Of a DNA stretch of 64,000 bases, positions 1 through 9,779 are shown in pieces. A program made the position numbers and the translations under genes. This DNA is from Candidatus Bathyarchaeota archaeon (GTDB lineage Archaea; Thermoproteota; Bathyarchaeia; 40CM-2-53-6). A model generated the notes under the pieces. The model ran no database searches. It saw nothing but the letters and a program-made list of their open reading frames with translations, and was not told the origin of the DNA. Location of the stretch: NCBI GenBank assembly GCA_963835925.1, contig CAWIHH010000004.1, forward strand, positions 208,489 through 272,488. Reading direction: 5' to 3'. How positions within the stretch are numbered: the first letter of the stretch is position 1; every line of letters starts with the position of its first letter.

Positions 1-837
1 AACATGTGTGAGAATGTACTCGAGAGATATACGCCTACGAATAATCAATTTGAACCGTCGTAGTCAGTCGTTAGAAGTGTGTGTGTGGGTGGTCTAATGG
101 TGCGCCGCCCCCGCCGCCGCTCACTTGAACCTTACGACTGAGTGAACTACAAACTACGACTACATCACTAGTACTAACGTCAATACGAACTACGACGACA
201 CGCCAATGAATTATGAAAAAGCTCACTCAATGAAAGCCGCCGTATTTGGCAATTAATTCCTCAATTTGCTTCTGAACTTTCTTCACCACTGTCAATACGT
301 GAGCTCTCGGAATATTTTGAATTCTGCGGTGTCACATTGCCTAGGTTCGTCTGTCAAGTAGCAGGTGCTTTGATATTGTCCTCGTATACGTCCTCAGGTT
401 TGTAAGTAAACTAGATGAACCGTGAGAGAAATGGAAAAAGATACAGCTGAAACGCAGAGAGATAGGAACCGAGTTAGTATTCAGGTTCCCATCCCCGGCT
501 CCGACAGGCGAAAGTCACATTAATCTAATGGACATATTTGACAGGTTTGAGAAGAGCTCACATGTTGCTTAAATGCAAAAGTGTGAGATTCAAACACATT
601 TGTTGCTTTTCCCCCCGGGCCACCACTCGTCTCTCGATTGTTTGTTACTTGACGGCATAGGGGTCTACAGGATAACCCGCATGGTTTGGGAACGTTCGGC
701 CCCCAAATCGATTATCGAGAATGTGTCGTTGAAATGTTAGGTAGATCATAGTCATACTGTCTGAAAGTCTTCGCTTAGAGTCTCAACTTCTGCACGGATG
801 GCATTGTGGGGACTGCCGAAAATGTTAAGCTATCCCT

Positions 838-1641
838 GTGCCATTAATGGCACAGGCATTACTTATGAGTAGAAGACTTGATGCAGGAAAAGCGAGGGAG
901 CTAGTCAAAATAGTGAACACTCTTGCTGAGACCGCCTCGTTCCGCAACATACTGAGAGAAGCTGCGCGCGAAGGCATTCTGAGAAAACACGAGACATTAC
1001 GAACCTACCTCGACATTCTAGTTGCAGGCAAAGTCTTGCAAGTAAGGACGCGCAATGTTGGTTCCGTGAACCTTCAACAGCTATACAAGGTCATCTCGAC
1101 GAAAGCCAAAGTCTTGGTAGGCCTCGTTGTACTTCGCAAATATGGCTTGAACTGGGATGTCCCTGACACGGATATACAGACCTCCACAACAGACTTCGAG
1201 GGACTTGTTCGCTCTACGAATTACGATAAGGGCTTAATGGCATCGCTAGAAGATTGCCTCGTTCACGAATTATACGCAGACGCTAAAAAGAGCACAGGCT
1301 CAACATCATTCGTTATTGCCATAATTTCCACCAAAAAACTGGACCTCCCCTACCTGCTTCGACGTGCGGACGAGAAACACGTCGGTAACACCATGCGTTT
1401 GGCCTTCAATCAAGTTCTCGAAATCACGTCTTCTGGAAAGACAGAAGTTGACGCCAAAACTTTCTTGACTGTACGCACTTGCTTCCTCGACCTTGCGCGA
1501 CAGTATGCCCGCTCACAACCTGGTTTCTGGAAGTTCGTTGAAGAAAGAGGGATTGGTAACATTGGTCTTCCAATCATTAGAAAGCTTACCGAATATGACG
1601 TAGTCACGACAGCAGGAAAGCAGCTTGGAGTGATCGGTTGA
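838..1641 (+). CDS. Hypothetical protein with probable N-terminal winged-helix; putative AbiEi-like antitoxin
   Basis: 267-aa ORF with an N-terminal helical/wHTH-like pattern (ETLRTYLDILVAGKVLQVR...QQLYKV); stop overlaps the start of the downstream nucleotidyltransferase gene. Confidence 0.55.
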   Translation: MPLMAQALLMSRRLDAGKARELVKIVNTLAETASFRNILREAAREGILRKHETLRTYLDILVAGKVLQVRTRNVGSVNLQQLYKVISTKAKVLVGLVVLRKYGLNWDVPDTDIQTSTTDFEGLVRSTNYDKGLMASLEDCLVHELYADAKKSTGSTSFVIAIISTKKLDLPYLLRRADEKHVGNTMRLAFNQVLEITSSGKTEVDAKTFLTVRTCFLDLARQYARSQPGFWKFVEERGIGNIGLPIIRKLTEYDVVTTAGKQLGVIG

Positions 1642-2327
1642 TGAAGAAACCACAAGATGTTCGAGTTGCTTCTTCAGAATGGGTCAGCATTCTCAAAGTT
1701 GCTTTCCCTCTTCTTCGTGAGAAGGCAGGCGATCTCGTATTGTTCGGATCCCAAGCGTTGTCCATTTACATGATGAGCCCACTGCGCAGCAAGGATCTAG
1801 ACTTGCTCTCCACCCACGTTGGACCTGTCCAGATCGATAAGTTATCTACAGAACTTGCGAAGCTCAACGACGTTGAATCTAGGTCAATTACAACCCAGAC
1901 TAGGATGTTTGGTTCACGGAAGATGACTACATATGCAATTGAACTTCGGATCAAAGGAAGACCATTTTTCGTCGAGGTCTTCGATCGCATATTGGATGGA
2001 CAGGCACCAGGAATATTGCAACCCTATGTTGAGCCCGTAAAACGATGGAAGTTGGAAATCTGGGCTCCAGATCGAGAAGCAACCGTCGCCCTTCGACTAG
2101 CGTTCAGACGGCCTGAGGGAATAAGTAGATTCAACGGGACCAGACTAGACAGTTTCATACGCGAGAACCGGCGTTCGATACGATTTAACCGAGTAAGATC
2201 CATTCTTGAGACCTGGAATATTGAGAAATGGGTTGAGAATAATCTAATCGATCTGTACCAGAGAAATGGACTGCGAATAACGGGAGACAGCATGATCATT
2301 CCGGGAATCGAAAAGAAACTGAAGTAA
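1638..2327 (+). CDS. Pol-beta superfamily nucleotidyltransferase (AbiEii/DUF6036-like toxin)
   Basis: LVLFGSQAL...RSKDLDLL matches the hG[GS]x(9-13)DhD NTase signature; translationally coupled to the upstream gene. Confidence 0.7.
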   Translation: MMKKPQDVRVASSEWVSILKVAFPLLREKAGDLVLFGSQALSIYMMSPLRSKDLDLLSTHVGPVQIDKLSTELAKLNDVESRSITTQTRMFGSRKMTTYAIELRIKGRPFFVEVFDRILDGQAPGILQPYVEPVKRWKLEIWAPDREATVALRLAFRRPEGISRFNGTRLDSFIRENRRSIRFNRVRSILETWNIEKWVENNLIDLYQRNGLRITGDSMIIPGIEKKLK

Positions 2328-2940
2328 CCTCAAATGGGTACGAGAGCGAAAACACATCCAATTCGGAAGGAATTTTCAATAATAAGATGCGAGAAGCATT
2401 ATCTCGCCCAGTAACAATCCGGTCAAAGAAAGAGACCCCGACCCCGCGCTAAGCTACGGTCCACCTTTCTTTGGCTCCCCATGGATCCACTCCTAATGTC
2501 CATGCAGTTCGCACAACATAAGCGACTCGCGGAGCTTGAGAAGAGAACCAGGTCTGACATTATCCTGGATGTGACAATTTTCAAAAGGACATCAAGAACC
2601 ACGTATGGAAGCAGGCCCCCACGGATCCAATGCCCGCTATGCGGCGGCCCGCTCAATAACTAAAGCTCATGCCTAGGCAGCACCTGAGCCAGACTGGCAC
2701 CCGCGAAATACTACGGTCCTCATTTGTTTCGCCCCTGGAGCTACCGCGAGATATACCGTAATATTTCTCGCGCATACTTTCCACGGTTCTAGTGAGTTTC
2801 GCGCCTTGTCGAATGGTTCTAGGAGGGTTGTGTTGCGTGGTCGTTCGCTTTTTCGGTGCACCGCTATCGTTCAACAGGAAACTCTTGCGATGCGGTCAAA
2901 GCGGCGTCAGGCTCAGTTTGCTTGTTGTGTGCTTTCCTGT

Positions 2941-2988
2941 GAAGAAGTATATACGTTACCTATTGGTAGCTTCGCGTTGTCACTACAA
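2941..2988 (+). promoter_or_regulatory. BRE/TATA (GAAGAAG-TATATAC) plus TTGT-N4-ACAA palindromic operator (2977-2988)
   Basis: The same TATA-to-palindrome spacing (29 bp) occurs upstream of the paralogs at 20661 and 29035. Confidence 0.65.
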
Positions 2989-3047
2989 CATGTAGTGGCA
3001 TTTTCTGTACGTAGCGCAGTCATATATCTGATCCATACGTTGTTCTT

Positions 3048-3132
3048 GTTGTTGCCTGATCCACAACGATGATCTTCTCTCCTTCAGAGCCTAGGCTGTG
3101 AAGGATCAGACTCGATTGCGGTCATGCATAAC
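3048..3132 (+). ncRNA. Conserved long 5'-leader hairpin of Mo-enzyme operon 1
   Basis: Core near-perfect palindrome TCCTTCAGAGCCTAGGCTGTGAAGGA (3080-3105) extended by tgatc/gatca and gttgttgc/gcataac; aligns in sequence with the hairpin at 20687-20762. Confidence 0.5.
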
Positions 3133-3156
3133 ACAAACAGAATAGAGATTAGAACA

Positions 3157-5826
3157 ATGTCTGAAGGGAATAAGGAACAGGTTACTGATAAGAAAGTTAG
3201 TAGACGTTCAATGCTCAAATGGACTGGAGCACTCGCAGCAGCGGTAGCCGTAGGCGTGGGCGCAGGCTATGAGACGAACCAAATTCTACGACCTCTGACA
3301 ACAATGACAACCACCGAGTTACATCCGGTCGTCTATGAGGAGCAGGTATACACGAGCATGCTCGGCGACGGATCTGGAGGTCCTTGTACTCCAGCATGGG
3401 TCCACGTGAAGAACGGAAAGATCATCAGGGTTAGACCCATACAGATGACGGAGGATGAGGCGAAGCCCTGGAAGTTCAGCGCACGTGGAAAAGTCTTCGA
3501 ACCACCCAAGAGGCTAACCATAGATCCCCTCTATCAAAGCTTCAGGAGGTGGGTCTACAGCCCGAAAAGGGTGAATTATCCCCTGAAGAGGGTTGGTTTC
3601 ACGCCAGGCCCTCAGACGGCCAGCTCCATAGACAACAGGGGTAAAGGCGAGTTCATAAGGATCAGCTGGGACGAGGCTCTGGACACGATAAAAAACGAGC
3701 TTACCCGAATGAAGGCGACCTACGGCTCCAGCGCCATCCTCCTCCTAGATGATGGACACATGCAGCCAGGCAACATACATCGGCCACATTGGCAGATACC
3801 TTTCTTGCTCAGGTACGTCGACGGTTGCTCGTTTAGTGTCCGTAACCCTGACAGCTGGGAGGGCTGGTGCTGGGGTGCAGCGCACGCATGGGGGTATGAT
3901 CAAGGGTATGGTCAAGAGGACCAGACAGATCTTTTGGAGGATACTTTTCAGAATACCGAGCTGCTGATTTGTTTCGGCGACGGAGAAACCACCATTTATG
4001 GGTTTAACGCACAGGATCCATCGATACGTCATATTTGGACAAAGCAGCTGGGTATAAAGAAGATCTTCATAACACCGGACCTCAACCAAGAGGCAGGACT
4101 ACACGGCAATAAGTGGATACCCGTGAGACCTGGAACGGACGCGGCTTGGGCCGCCGCCGTAGCCAACGTCTGGATCAAGGAGGGAACATACAACAAGGAC
4201 TACGTGAACACGCATGGATATGGCTTCGACAAGTGGAGCGCATACGTAACGGGAGCAGAAGACGGAGTACCCAAGACGCCTGAGTGGGCTGAGCCGATTA
4301 CAGGGATAAAGGCCAGGATCATTAGGGCGCTGGCCAGGGAGTGGGCGTCAAAGACCACGTCGACGGAATGCGGCGGATCGAGTGCGGCGTGCCGCGCACC
4401 TTACGCCCACGAGTGGACCAGAATGATAGTCTACCTCCTAACCATGCAGGGATGGGGGAGACCGGGCGTCAACTATTTTACGGCTAGCGGGGGGCTGCCC
4501 AAGAACCCGACGCTGAAGGGTATACCAGCAAGATTCCCGACTGCCCCTTACAGGAACCCCCCACCACCACCCGCTTCCTACCTAGTACGTCAGTTTGTCT
4601 ACAAGGACAAGGTTCCCGACGCCATCCTCAACCCGCCTGTAAGTTGGTATGGTAGTTACATGACTCCCTCACGGCAGGACGAATTAGGACCCATTAACAC
4701 GTTTCCGAAGCCTGGCATGTCAGAGGCGCATATGATTTGGACGAGTACTGCCTCCCACGTAACCAACTGGAACTGTGGGAACAAGTTTGCTCAAGCCTTT
4801 AGGAGCCCCAAGATCGAGTTCATACTATCACAGCATCCATGGCTTGAGAGCGACGTCCTATTCGCGGACATCGTCCTACCAGGCAGCTCATGCATGGAGC
4901 GAGACGACATAATCCAGCGCACAGGAGGAAATCACGACGTTGCGGTGTACATGAAGAAGTGTATAGAGCCGCTTGGGGAGTCGAAGAGCGACTATGAGAC
5001 ACTATGCGCGATAGCTGACAAGCTCGGTTTGTTGAACACGTACACCGAGGGCAAGACGGTTGAGGACTGGATCAAGTTTTGCTTTAACGGCTCCAGCCTC
5101 CCCAATTTCATCAGCTACGAAGACTTCAAGGCAAAGGGATACTATGTGTTCAAGTTCCCCGATACGTGGCCCAGAAATCCTGGGGCGCAGTGGTACTATA
5201 ACAAGCCTGTGGGCGACAGTTTGGGGACGCCGTCAGGTAAGGTGGAGTTCTACTCTCAGGGCTTAGCGAACTCCTTCCCGGATGACAAGGAGAGGCCGCC
5301 TGTGGCACACTACATCCCATCGGGGGAGACCCACCAGGAGAGCCTATCTACCCCGAGAGCCCAGACGTATCCTCTGCTCTGCGAGTCATCCCACCCAAAG
5401 TGGAGGTGGCACAGCAAGTTTGGTAACGTTTCCTGGCTGCACGAGATCCCTGGTCATTTTGGCGCCAAGATGAAAGTGGGCGACTACTACTACGAGTGTC
5501 TAGGGATGAACCCTAATGATGCAGCAGCTAGAGGAATAAAGCATGGGGACATCGTGAGGGCCTATAACGAGAGGGGAGCCGTCCTTTTCGCTGCCTTCGT
5601 GACTGAGCGCTTGATGCCGGGTGTGGTAAGCGCCTCTGAGGGCTCCAACTACGACCCCATAGAGGTTGGAGTGTTTGACAAGGGCGGATGCATAAACACC
5701 ATAGCCCCCTCCAATACCTTATCCAAGAACACGACAGGCATGACCTGTAACGCCTTCCTCGTCCAAGTGGAGAAGTTGGCGGGCCCGGTTCCTCAAAGCA
5801 TAGCTGAGAAGGCAGCGGGAAAGTGA
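3157..5826 (+). CDS. athL: Tat-signal bis-MGD molybdopterin oxidoreductase, pyrogallol transhydroxylase large-subunit-like
   Basis: SRRSMLK twin-arginine signal; RNPDSWEGWCWG Ser-ligand motif as in Pelobacter AthL (NPDSWEGWHWG); ACRAPYAHEW; no N-terminal FS0 cysteines; C-terminal molydopterin-binding domain. Start at MSEGNK chosen by comparison with the paralogs. Confidence 0.9.
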   Translation: MSEGNKEQVTDKKVSRRSMLKWTGALAAAVAVGVGAGYETNQILRPLTTMTTTELHPVVYEEQVYTSMLGDGSGGPCTPAWVHVKNGKIIRVRPIQMTEDEAKPWKFSARGKVFEPPKRLTIDPLYQSFRRWVYSPKRVNYPLKRVGFTPGPQTASSIDNRGKGEFIRISWDEALDTIKNELTRMKATYGSSAILLLDDGHMQPGNIHRPHWQIPFLLRYVDGCSFSVRNPDSWEGWCWGAAHAWGYDQGYGQEDQTDLLEDTFQNTELLICFGDGETTIYGFNAQDPSIRHIWTKQLGIKKIFITPDLNQEAGLHGNKWIPVRPGTDAAWAAAVANVWIKEGTYNKDYVNTHGYGFDKWSAYVTGAEDGVPKTPEWAEPITGIKARIIRALAREWASKTTSTECGGSSAACRAPYAHEWTRMIVYLLTMQGWGRPGVNYFTASGGLPKNPTLKGIPARFPTAPYRNPPPPPASYLVRQFVYKDKVPDAILNPPVSWYGSYMTPSRQDELGPINTFPKPGMSEAHMIWTSTASHVTNWNCGNKFAQAFRSPKIEFILSQHPWLESDVLFADIVLPGSSCMERDDIIQRTGGNHDVAVYMKKCIEPLGESKSDYETLCAIADKLGLLNTYTEGKTVEDWIKFCFNGSSLPNFISYEDFKAKGYYVFKFPDTWPRNPGAQWYYNKPVGDSLGTPSGKVEFYSQGLANSFPDDKERPPVAHYIPSGETHQESLSTPRAQTYPLLCESSHPKWRWHSKFGNVSWLHEIPGHFGAKMKVGDYYYECLGMNPNDAAARGIKHGDIVRAYNERGAVLFAAFVTERLMPGVVSASEGSNYDPIEVGVFDKGGCINTIAPSNTLSKNTTGMTCNAFLVQVEKLAGPVPQSIAEKAAGK

Positions 5827-5833
5827 GTAAGCC

Positions 5834-6649
5834 ATGACCAAGGCTTTGATTGTTGATGTAACGCTCTGCAATGGATGCCACGCCTGTCAAATAGCCTGCA
5901 AGGACGAGTATGTGGAGAACGACTGGCCACCATACTCCGCCGCGCAACCCGACACGGGACAGTTCTGGATGCGAGTGGAGGAACATACGAGAGGAACAGT
6001 ACCCAAGGTGAAGTTGGCCTACGTGCCCTGGCCCTGCATGCAATGCGACAAGCCACCATGCCTAGCGGGCTCTACGAGTGGTGCAGGGTACAAGCGTTCG
6101 GACGGGATAGTGATCTTTGATTCTGTGAAGAGCGTTGGACAGAAGAATATGCAGACCGGATGCCCCTACGGCGTTGTATATTGGAACGATAAGTTGAACA
6201 TTCCACAGAAATGCACATTCTGCGCCCATCTACTTGACAGGGGATGGAAGGAGCCGCGATGTGTTGAGTCATGCCCCACCGGAGCGCTCACGTTCGGCGA
6301 ATACGATGACCTCAAGGCAACAATTCAACAGAAGGGAGCTCTCCCCCTAAACCCTGAGTACGGCGCACAACCCAGAGTCTACTACGTAGGTGTGCCGAAG
6401 ACATTCATCGCCGGTGCATTAGTGGACAGCACAACAGGTGAATGCCTTAACGGTGCAGATGTCACGGTGAAAGACACCGCAACCGGAACGACTACGGCTA
6501 CAAAGTCAGACAACTATGGAGACTTCTGGTTTGAGGGGCTCGATGCGAACAAGACATACGAGGTCACGATCAGCTCCACCGGCAAAACGTCAAAGACAAT
6601 ATCAGTGACACTCACAACGGACACAAACCTCGGAGACATACAACTCTAG
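5834..6649 (+). CDS. bthL: Fe-S beta subunit (3x[4Fe-4S]) with C-terminal carboxypeptidase-regulatory-like domain; transhydroxylase small-subunit-like
   Basis: CNGCHACQIAC, CMQCDKPPC, CPYG, KCTFCAH...PRCVESCP; C-terminal beta-sandwich (SDNYGDFWFEGL...NLGDIQL) as in the transhydroxylase beta subunit. Confidence 0.9.
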   Translation: MTKALIVDVTLCNGCHACQIACKDEYVENDWPPYSAAQPDTGQFWMRVEEHTRGTVPKVKLAYVPWPCMQCDKPPCLAGSTSGAGYKRSDGIVIFDSVKSVGQKNMQTGCPYGVVYWNDKLNIPQKCTFCAHLLDRGWKEPRCVESCPTGALTFGEYDDLKATIQQKGALPLNPEYGAQPRVYYVGVPKTFIAGALVDSTTGECLNGADVTVKDTATGTTTATKSDNYGDFWFEGLDANKTYEVTISSTGKTSKTISVTLTTDTNLGDIQL

Positions 6650-6682
6650 AAGAAGCAAAGAGATAGATTCGCACAGGACCAC

Positions 6683-6701
6683 CTTTCCTCCTTTTTCCTT
6701 T
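6683..6701 (+). terminator. Pyrimidine/oligo-T archaeal terminator
   Basis: ctttcctcctttttccttt about 35 nt after the stop codon. Confidence 0.4.
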
Positions 6702-6982
6702 AAAACATGCAATTCCTGTATTGACAATGATGCTTGAAACTCAAGAACTGTTGAGGATTGTAACTCATAGCACCCGCCAAGTCCGAAGGAAAGCTGAGTG
6801 ATCAGCTGCCAGATACCGCTAGAATCAGGATACTAAGAACGGTTAACCGAAGCCAGAATGAAGATACCGAGTACGTACTATAATGTACAAAATTACATAT
6901 GGAAGCTAACCCTCAAATCGGACCAGTTGAAAAGGAAAGACTGGACACCGATTAGGCTTAGATAGCTAGGGTTCGTCAAGAA

Positions 6983-8773
6983 ATGCAATGCGATGTCTTG
7001 CTGGTGCATCCGCCATCGTTCTACGACTTTCGGAAGAGAGTGTCTTTCCCTGGCCCCATATCACGCACCGTTATCCGCAGCACTGACCAGTTCGTAACAA
7101 TACCGTTTGGCATGTTGAGCATGGCCGACTACTTGGACAGGAATGGTTTCAAGGTTTCAATTGACAACTTGGGGGATCGGATGGTAACCGACCAAGAATT
7201 TGATGTGGAAAGGCACATACGAAGCATCTCCGCGAGGGTCTACGCGGTCGGCTTGCATTGGGTCGTTCATTCGCAAGGCGCAATCGAGGTTGCAAGGCTG
7301 TGCAAGAGACTTCACCCCAGCTCCACTGTGATTGTTGGTGGTCTTAGCGCAACGTGTTTTCACTCGGAGATCATTCAGAAGTTCGGGTTCATCGATGGCG
7401 TTGTGCGTGGTGAAGCCGAAAAACCTCTCTTGGAACTAGTCAGGAATGTAGAGAAGGGCAAATTGATTGATGAGACGCCGAGTCTGACTTCACGCCGCGA
7501 GGGCAGAGTCATAGTAGCTCCGCTTATCAAGCCGAGCGTTGACTTGGACGAGTTCAATTTCACCAGATTGGATCTGTTGGAGCCCAATACGTCGATCTTC
7601 ATCCGAGGGAATATTCCTAATTGGAAGATACCTGTATGCCGCGGTTGTGTTTACAACTGCGTCAGCTGCGGAGGTTCGGCGTATAGTTACAGAACCTATT
7701 TCGGCATGGAGAAACCTGCCTTCAGAAGTCCTAGAAAGATTGCGGAGGACATGCAGAACCTGCTTGATCAAGGCGTTGCCTTCATAGGCTTATCTCAGGA
7801 TCCGAGAATGGGAGGGAGAACTTACTGGCAGGAGCTGATTAGCGTTCTTCGAAACGAGAGGCTTGATGTGGCACGCTTAGCAGTCGACTTGTTGAGCCCA
7901 GCTGACGAAGAGTTCCTGAAAGGGCTATCTGAAACCAGAAAACCAGTAGTGTTAACAATCTCACCCGAGTCGGGAGCGAACCGCGTACACCGGTACCACG
8001 GACGTGAATACTCAAACGAAGATTGCGTTCGCACCGCGAAACTAAGCCACAAGTACGGGCTGCCCATCACTTTCTTCTTCATGATCGGTCTGGCCGAAGA
8101 GAATCATGAAACACTCAAGGAAACGTGGGACTTGTGGGAAGAGCTTTGCTTCTTAGAGCAGAAGGAACGTTTCGAAGGCAGGTTGCAGGACCTGGAATGG
8201 TTTCCCATAGGGGGGCCCATAATGGGACAGATGATCTTGCTCGATCCTGGATCCCTCGCCTTCGACTTCCCTGCTGAGCATGGATACTCGCTCATATTCA
8301 AGAACCTTGAGGATTACATCAAGGGTCTCTCCGAGCCCTCCTGGCATCAGTGGATAAGCTACGAAACGAAATCGTTGAATAGGCAGGGGTTGGCTGAACT
8401 CTTTCTCGAATCTATGGACCACGCGATTCTTGAGAGAGAAATACATGGAGTCTATGGAAAATATCAGGCGGCTGTCGAACGCTTCATAGTAAGAACACAG
8501 AGAGTGGTGATCAGCGATGTGGATCATATGCGCTCACTTAGTCAGACCGAGCAATCAAAGAGACTGAGATCGCTGAGGGAGGCTCTTGATGAATATTCCT
8601 TGGGAAAGGCATCTTCATCAGAGGCGGATCTGTACAGCTACAGACGACAGATGAAGGAAAACCTTTGCTTCTCAATAGGGCTACTTGAAGGCGGGGAGAC
8701 TGATCACTTCGCAGGTTGGAACTTCCAGCGCCCACATCGCGAGCACGCTCCACCGATTCGTCAAGACCGATGA
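6983..8773 (+). CDS. B12-binding domain radical SAM protein (TIGR04190/Ta0216-like)
   Basis: N-terminal cobalamin-binding domain (DVLLVHPPSFYDFR...GLHW...GGLSAT...RGEAE); RGCVYNCVSCGG CxxxCxxC motif. Confidence 0.85.
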   Translation: MQCDVLLVHPPSFYDFRKRVSFPGPISRTVIRSTDQFVTIPFGMLSMADYLDRNGFKVSIDNLGDRMVTDQEFDVERHIRSISARVYAVGLHWVVHSQGAIEVARLCKRLHPSSTVIVGGLSATCFHSEIIQKFGFIDGVVRGEAEKPLLELVRNVEKGKLIDETPSLTSRREGRVIVAPLIKPSVDLDEFNFTRLDLLEPNTSIFIRGNIPNWKIPVCRGCVYNCVSCGGSAYSYRTYFGMEKPAFRSPRKIAEDMQNLLDQGVAFIGLSQDPRMGGRTYWQELISVLRNERLDVARLAVDLLSPADEEFLKGLSETRKPVVLTISPESGANRVHRYHGREYSNEDCVRTAKLSHKYGLPITFFFMIGLAEENHETLKETWDLWEELCFLEQKERFEGRLQDLEWFPIGGPIMGQMILLDPGSLAFDFPAEHGYSLIFKNLEDYIKGLSEPSWHQWISYETKSLNRQGLAELFLESMDHAILEREIHGVYGKYQAAVERFIVRTQRVVISDVDHMRSLSQTEQSKRLRSLREALDEYSLGKASSSEADLYSYRRQMKENLCFSIGLLEGGETDHFAGWNFQRPHREHAPPIRQDR

Positions 8774-8876
8774 ATTCGACTATTGTTATTGGAGCTAAGT
8801 TTGCGCAAATCGGCATATGTCAACGTGAGCTGAAATGAGCTGAGTCGCATGCAAGGCCGGGCAATGTTGGTGTTGA

Positions 8877-9527
8877 ATGATGCTTGACCAGGAAGGTGAG
8901 TTCTTGGTCAAGACAGCCAGGAACACCTTCGTCACCTTTCTGACAAATATCGAACGCTTGCCGTTACCGAAAGACGTTCTAGGTAAGTTGCGGGAAAGGC
9001 GAGGCGTCTTCATCAGGGTCGGCAGGTCCCAAGAGATGGCATGCACAAGAAGAATGGAGACACTATGTTGCCTCGGATACCCGTTTCCTTCGAGAGAACT
9101 CATCCAAGCGACAATGGATTCGACGATTGCTTGCGCTGTCCGTCTTGCTGCTTCGAAGACCTTCAACACTGGACGGTTTGACAATTTGCTGTTCGAGGTC
9201 AGTGTGCTCACGAAACCCGAATTAGTTAACGTGGGAATAGCAACCGATTATGCTAAGAGAATCGAGCCAGGCAAACACGGCTTAATTGTTCAATATGGCT
9301 TCGCTACTGGCCTGATTCTTCCACAGGTCTCGATTGAAAATAACTACGATGAGAAGGACTCTCTGAGCGAGTGTTGTATCAAGGCTGGCCTTCCACCCGA
9401 TTCTTGGCTCACTTTCCCTAATATCGACATATACAAATTTCAAGCAGAAATATTCAGGGAAACCGGAACCGACGGGACAGTCGTCAGGTTTGATTCCGAC
9501 ACCTCAAAGCCTCGCGAGACTAGCTGA
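8877..9527 (+). CDS. AMMECR1-domain protein (AmmeMemoRadiSam protein A / TIGR00296-like)
   Basis: RGVFI, FEVSVLTKPE, GKHGLIV, GLILPQV, CIKAGL, FQAEIF motifs. Confidence 0.9.
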   Translation: MMLDQEGEFLVKTARNTFVTFLTNIERLPLPKDVLGKLRERRGVFIRVGRSQEMACTRRMETLCCLGYPFPSRELIQATMDSTIACAVRLAASKTFNTGRFDNLLFEVSVLTKPELVNVGIATDYAKRIEPGKHGLIVQYGFATGLILPQVSIENNYDEKDSLSECCIKAGLPPDSWLTFPNIDIYKFQAEIFRETGTDGTVVRFDSDTSKPRETS

Positions 9528-9779
9528 CGATGGAGACTGACGGTGAGCCGTGAACGACTCTGCCATTTGGCCCGCTTGTCTCTTGAACCTTCCATTTCGT
9601 AAGGCCGATATCCGCCGCCAAAGCCAAGGGTACACTTAGCAAAATGGAAGTTGAGTGATCGTCGAAAAAAAGTTCTGTACGTAAGCAGACCCAAACTCGA
9701 CGCGTACAGCTTAGCACGAAATGACTTAAATCGTAACGGAGGAGATCAACATAGCTTGAATCATGTTGCTGGTTACTTT

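Larger units (their letters stand above)
2849..3227 (+). repeat. Copy 1 of a ~378-bp near-identical inverted repeat (promoter, 5' leader and Tat-peptide start)
   Basis: Reverse complement of 25055-25431; the only difference seen is a 2-bp indel (agcttcgcgttgtc vs agcttcgttgtc). Confidence 0.95.

Noticed and set aside
57-200. CRISPR array
   Set aside because: Repeats are 7-8 bp, irregularly spaced and partly inverted; no cas genes in the window
585-625. Complete or intron-containing tRNA gene
   Set aside because: Only a 3'-end-like motif is visible; no complementary 5' acceptor strand or anticodon arm was found
2481-2663. 60-aa ORF with a single CPLC
   Set aside because: One CxxC only, no recognisable family; insufficient support
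2792-3072. Short ORFs here and at 20682-21008, 25210-25395 and 29180-29398 that resemble each other
   Set aside because: The similarity comes from homologous promoter/leader DNA; the frames are not conserved between copies
3048-3132. Assignment of the leader to the known Moco/Wco riboswitch
   Set aside because: The multi-stem consensus is not recognisable by eye; kept only as an unassigned structured leader
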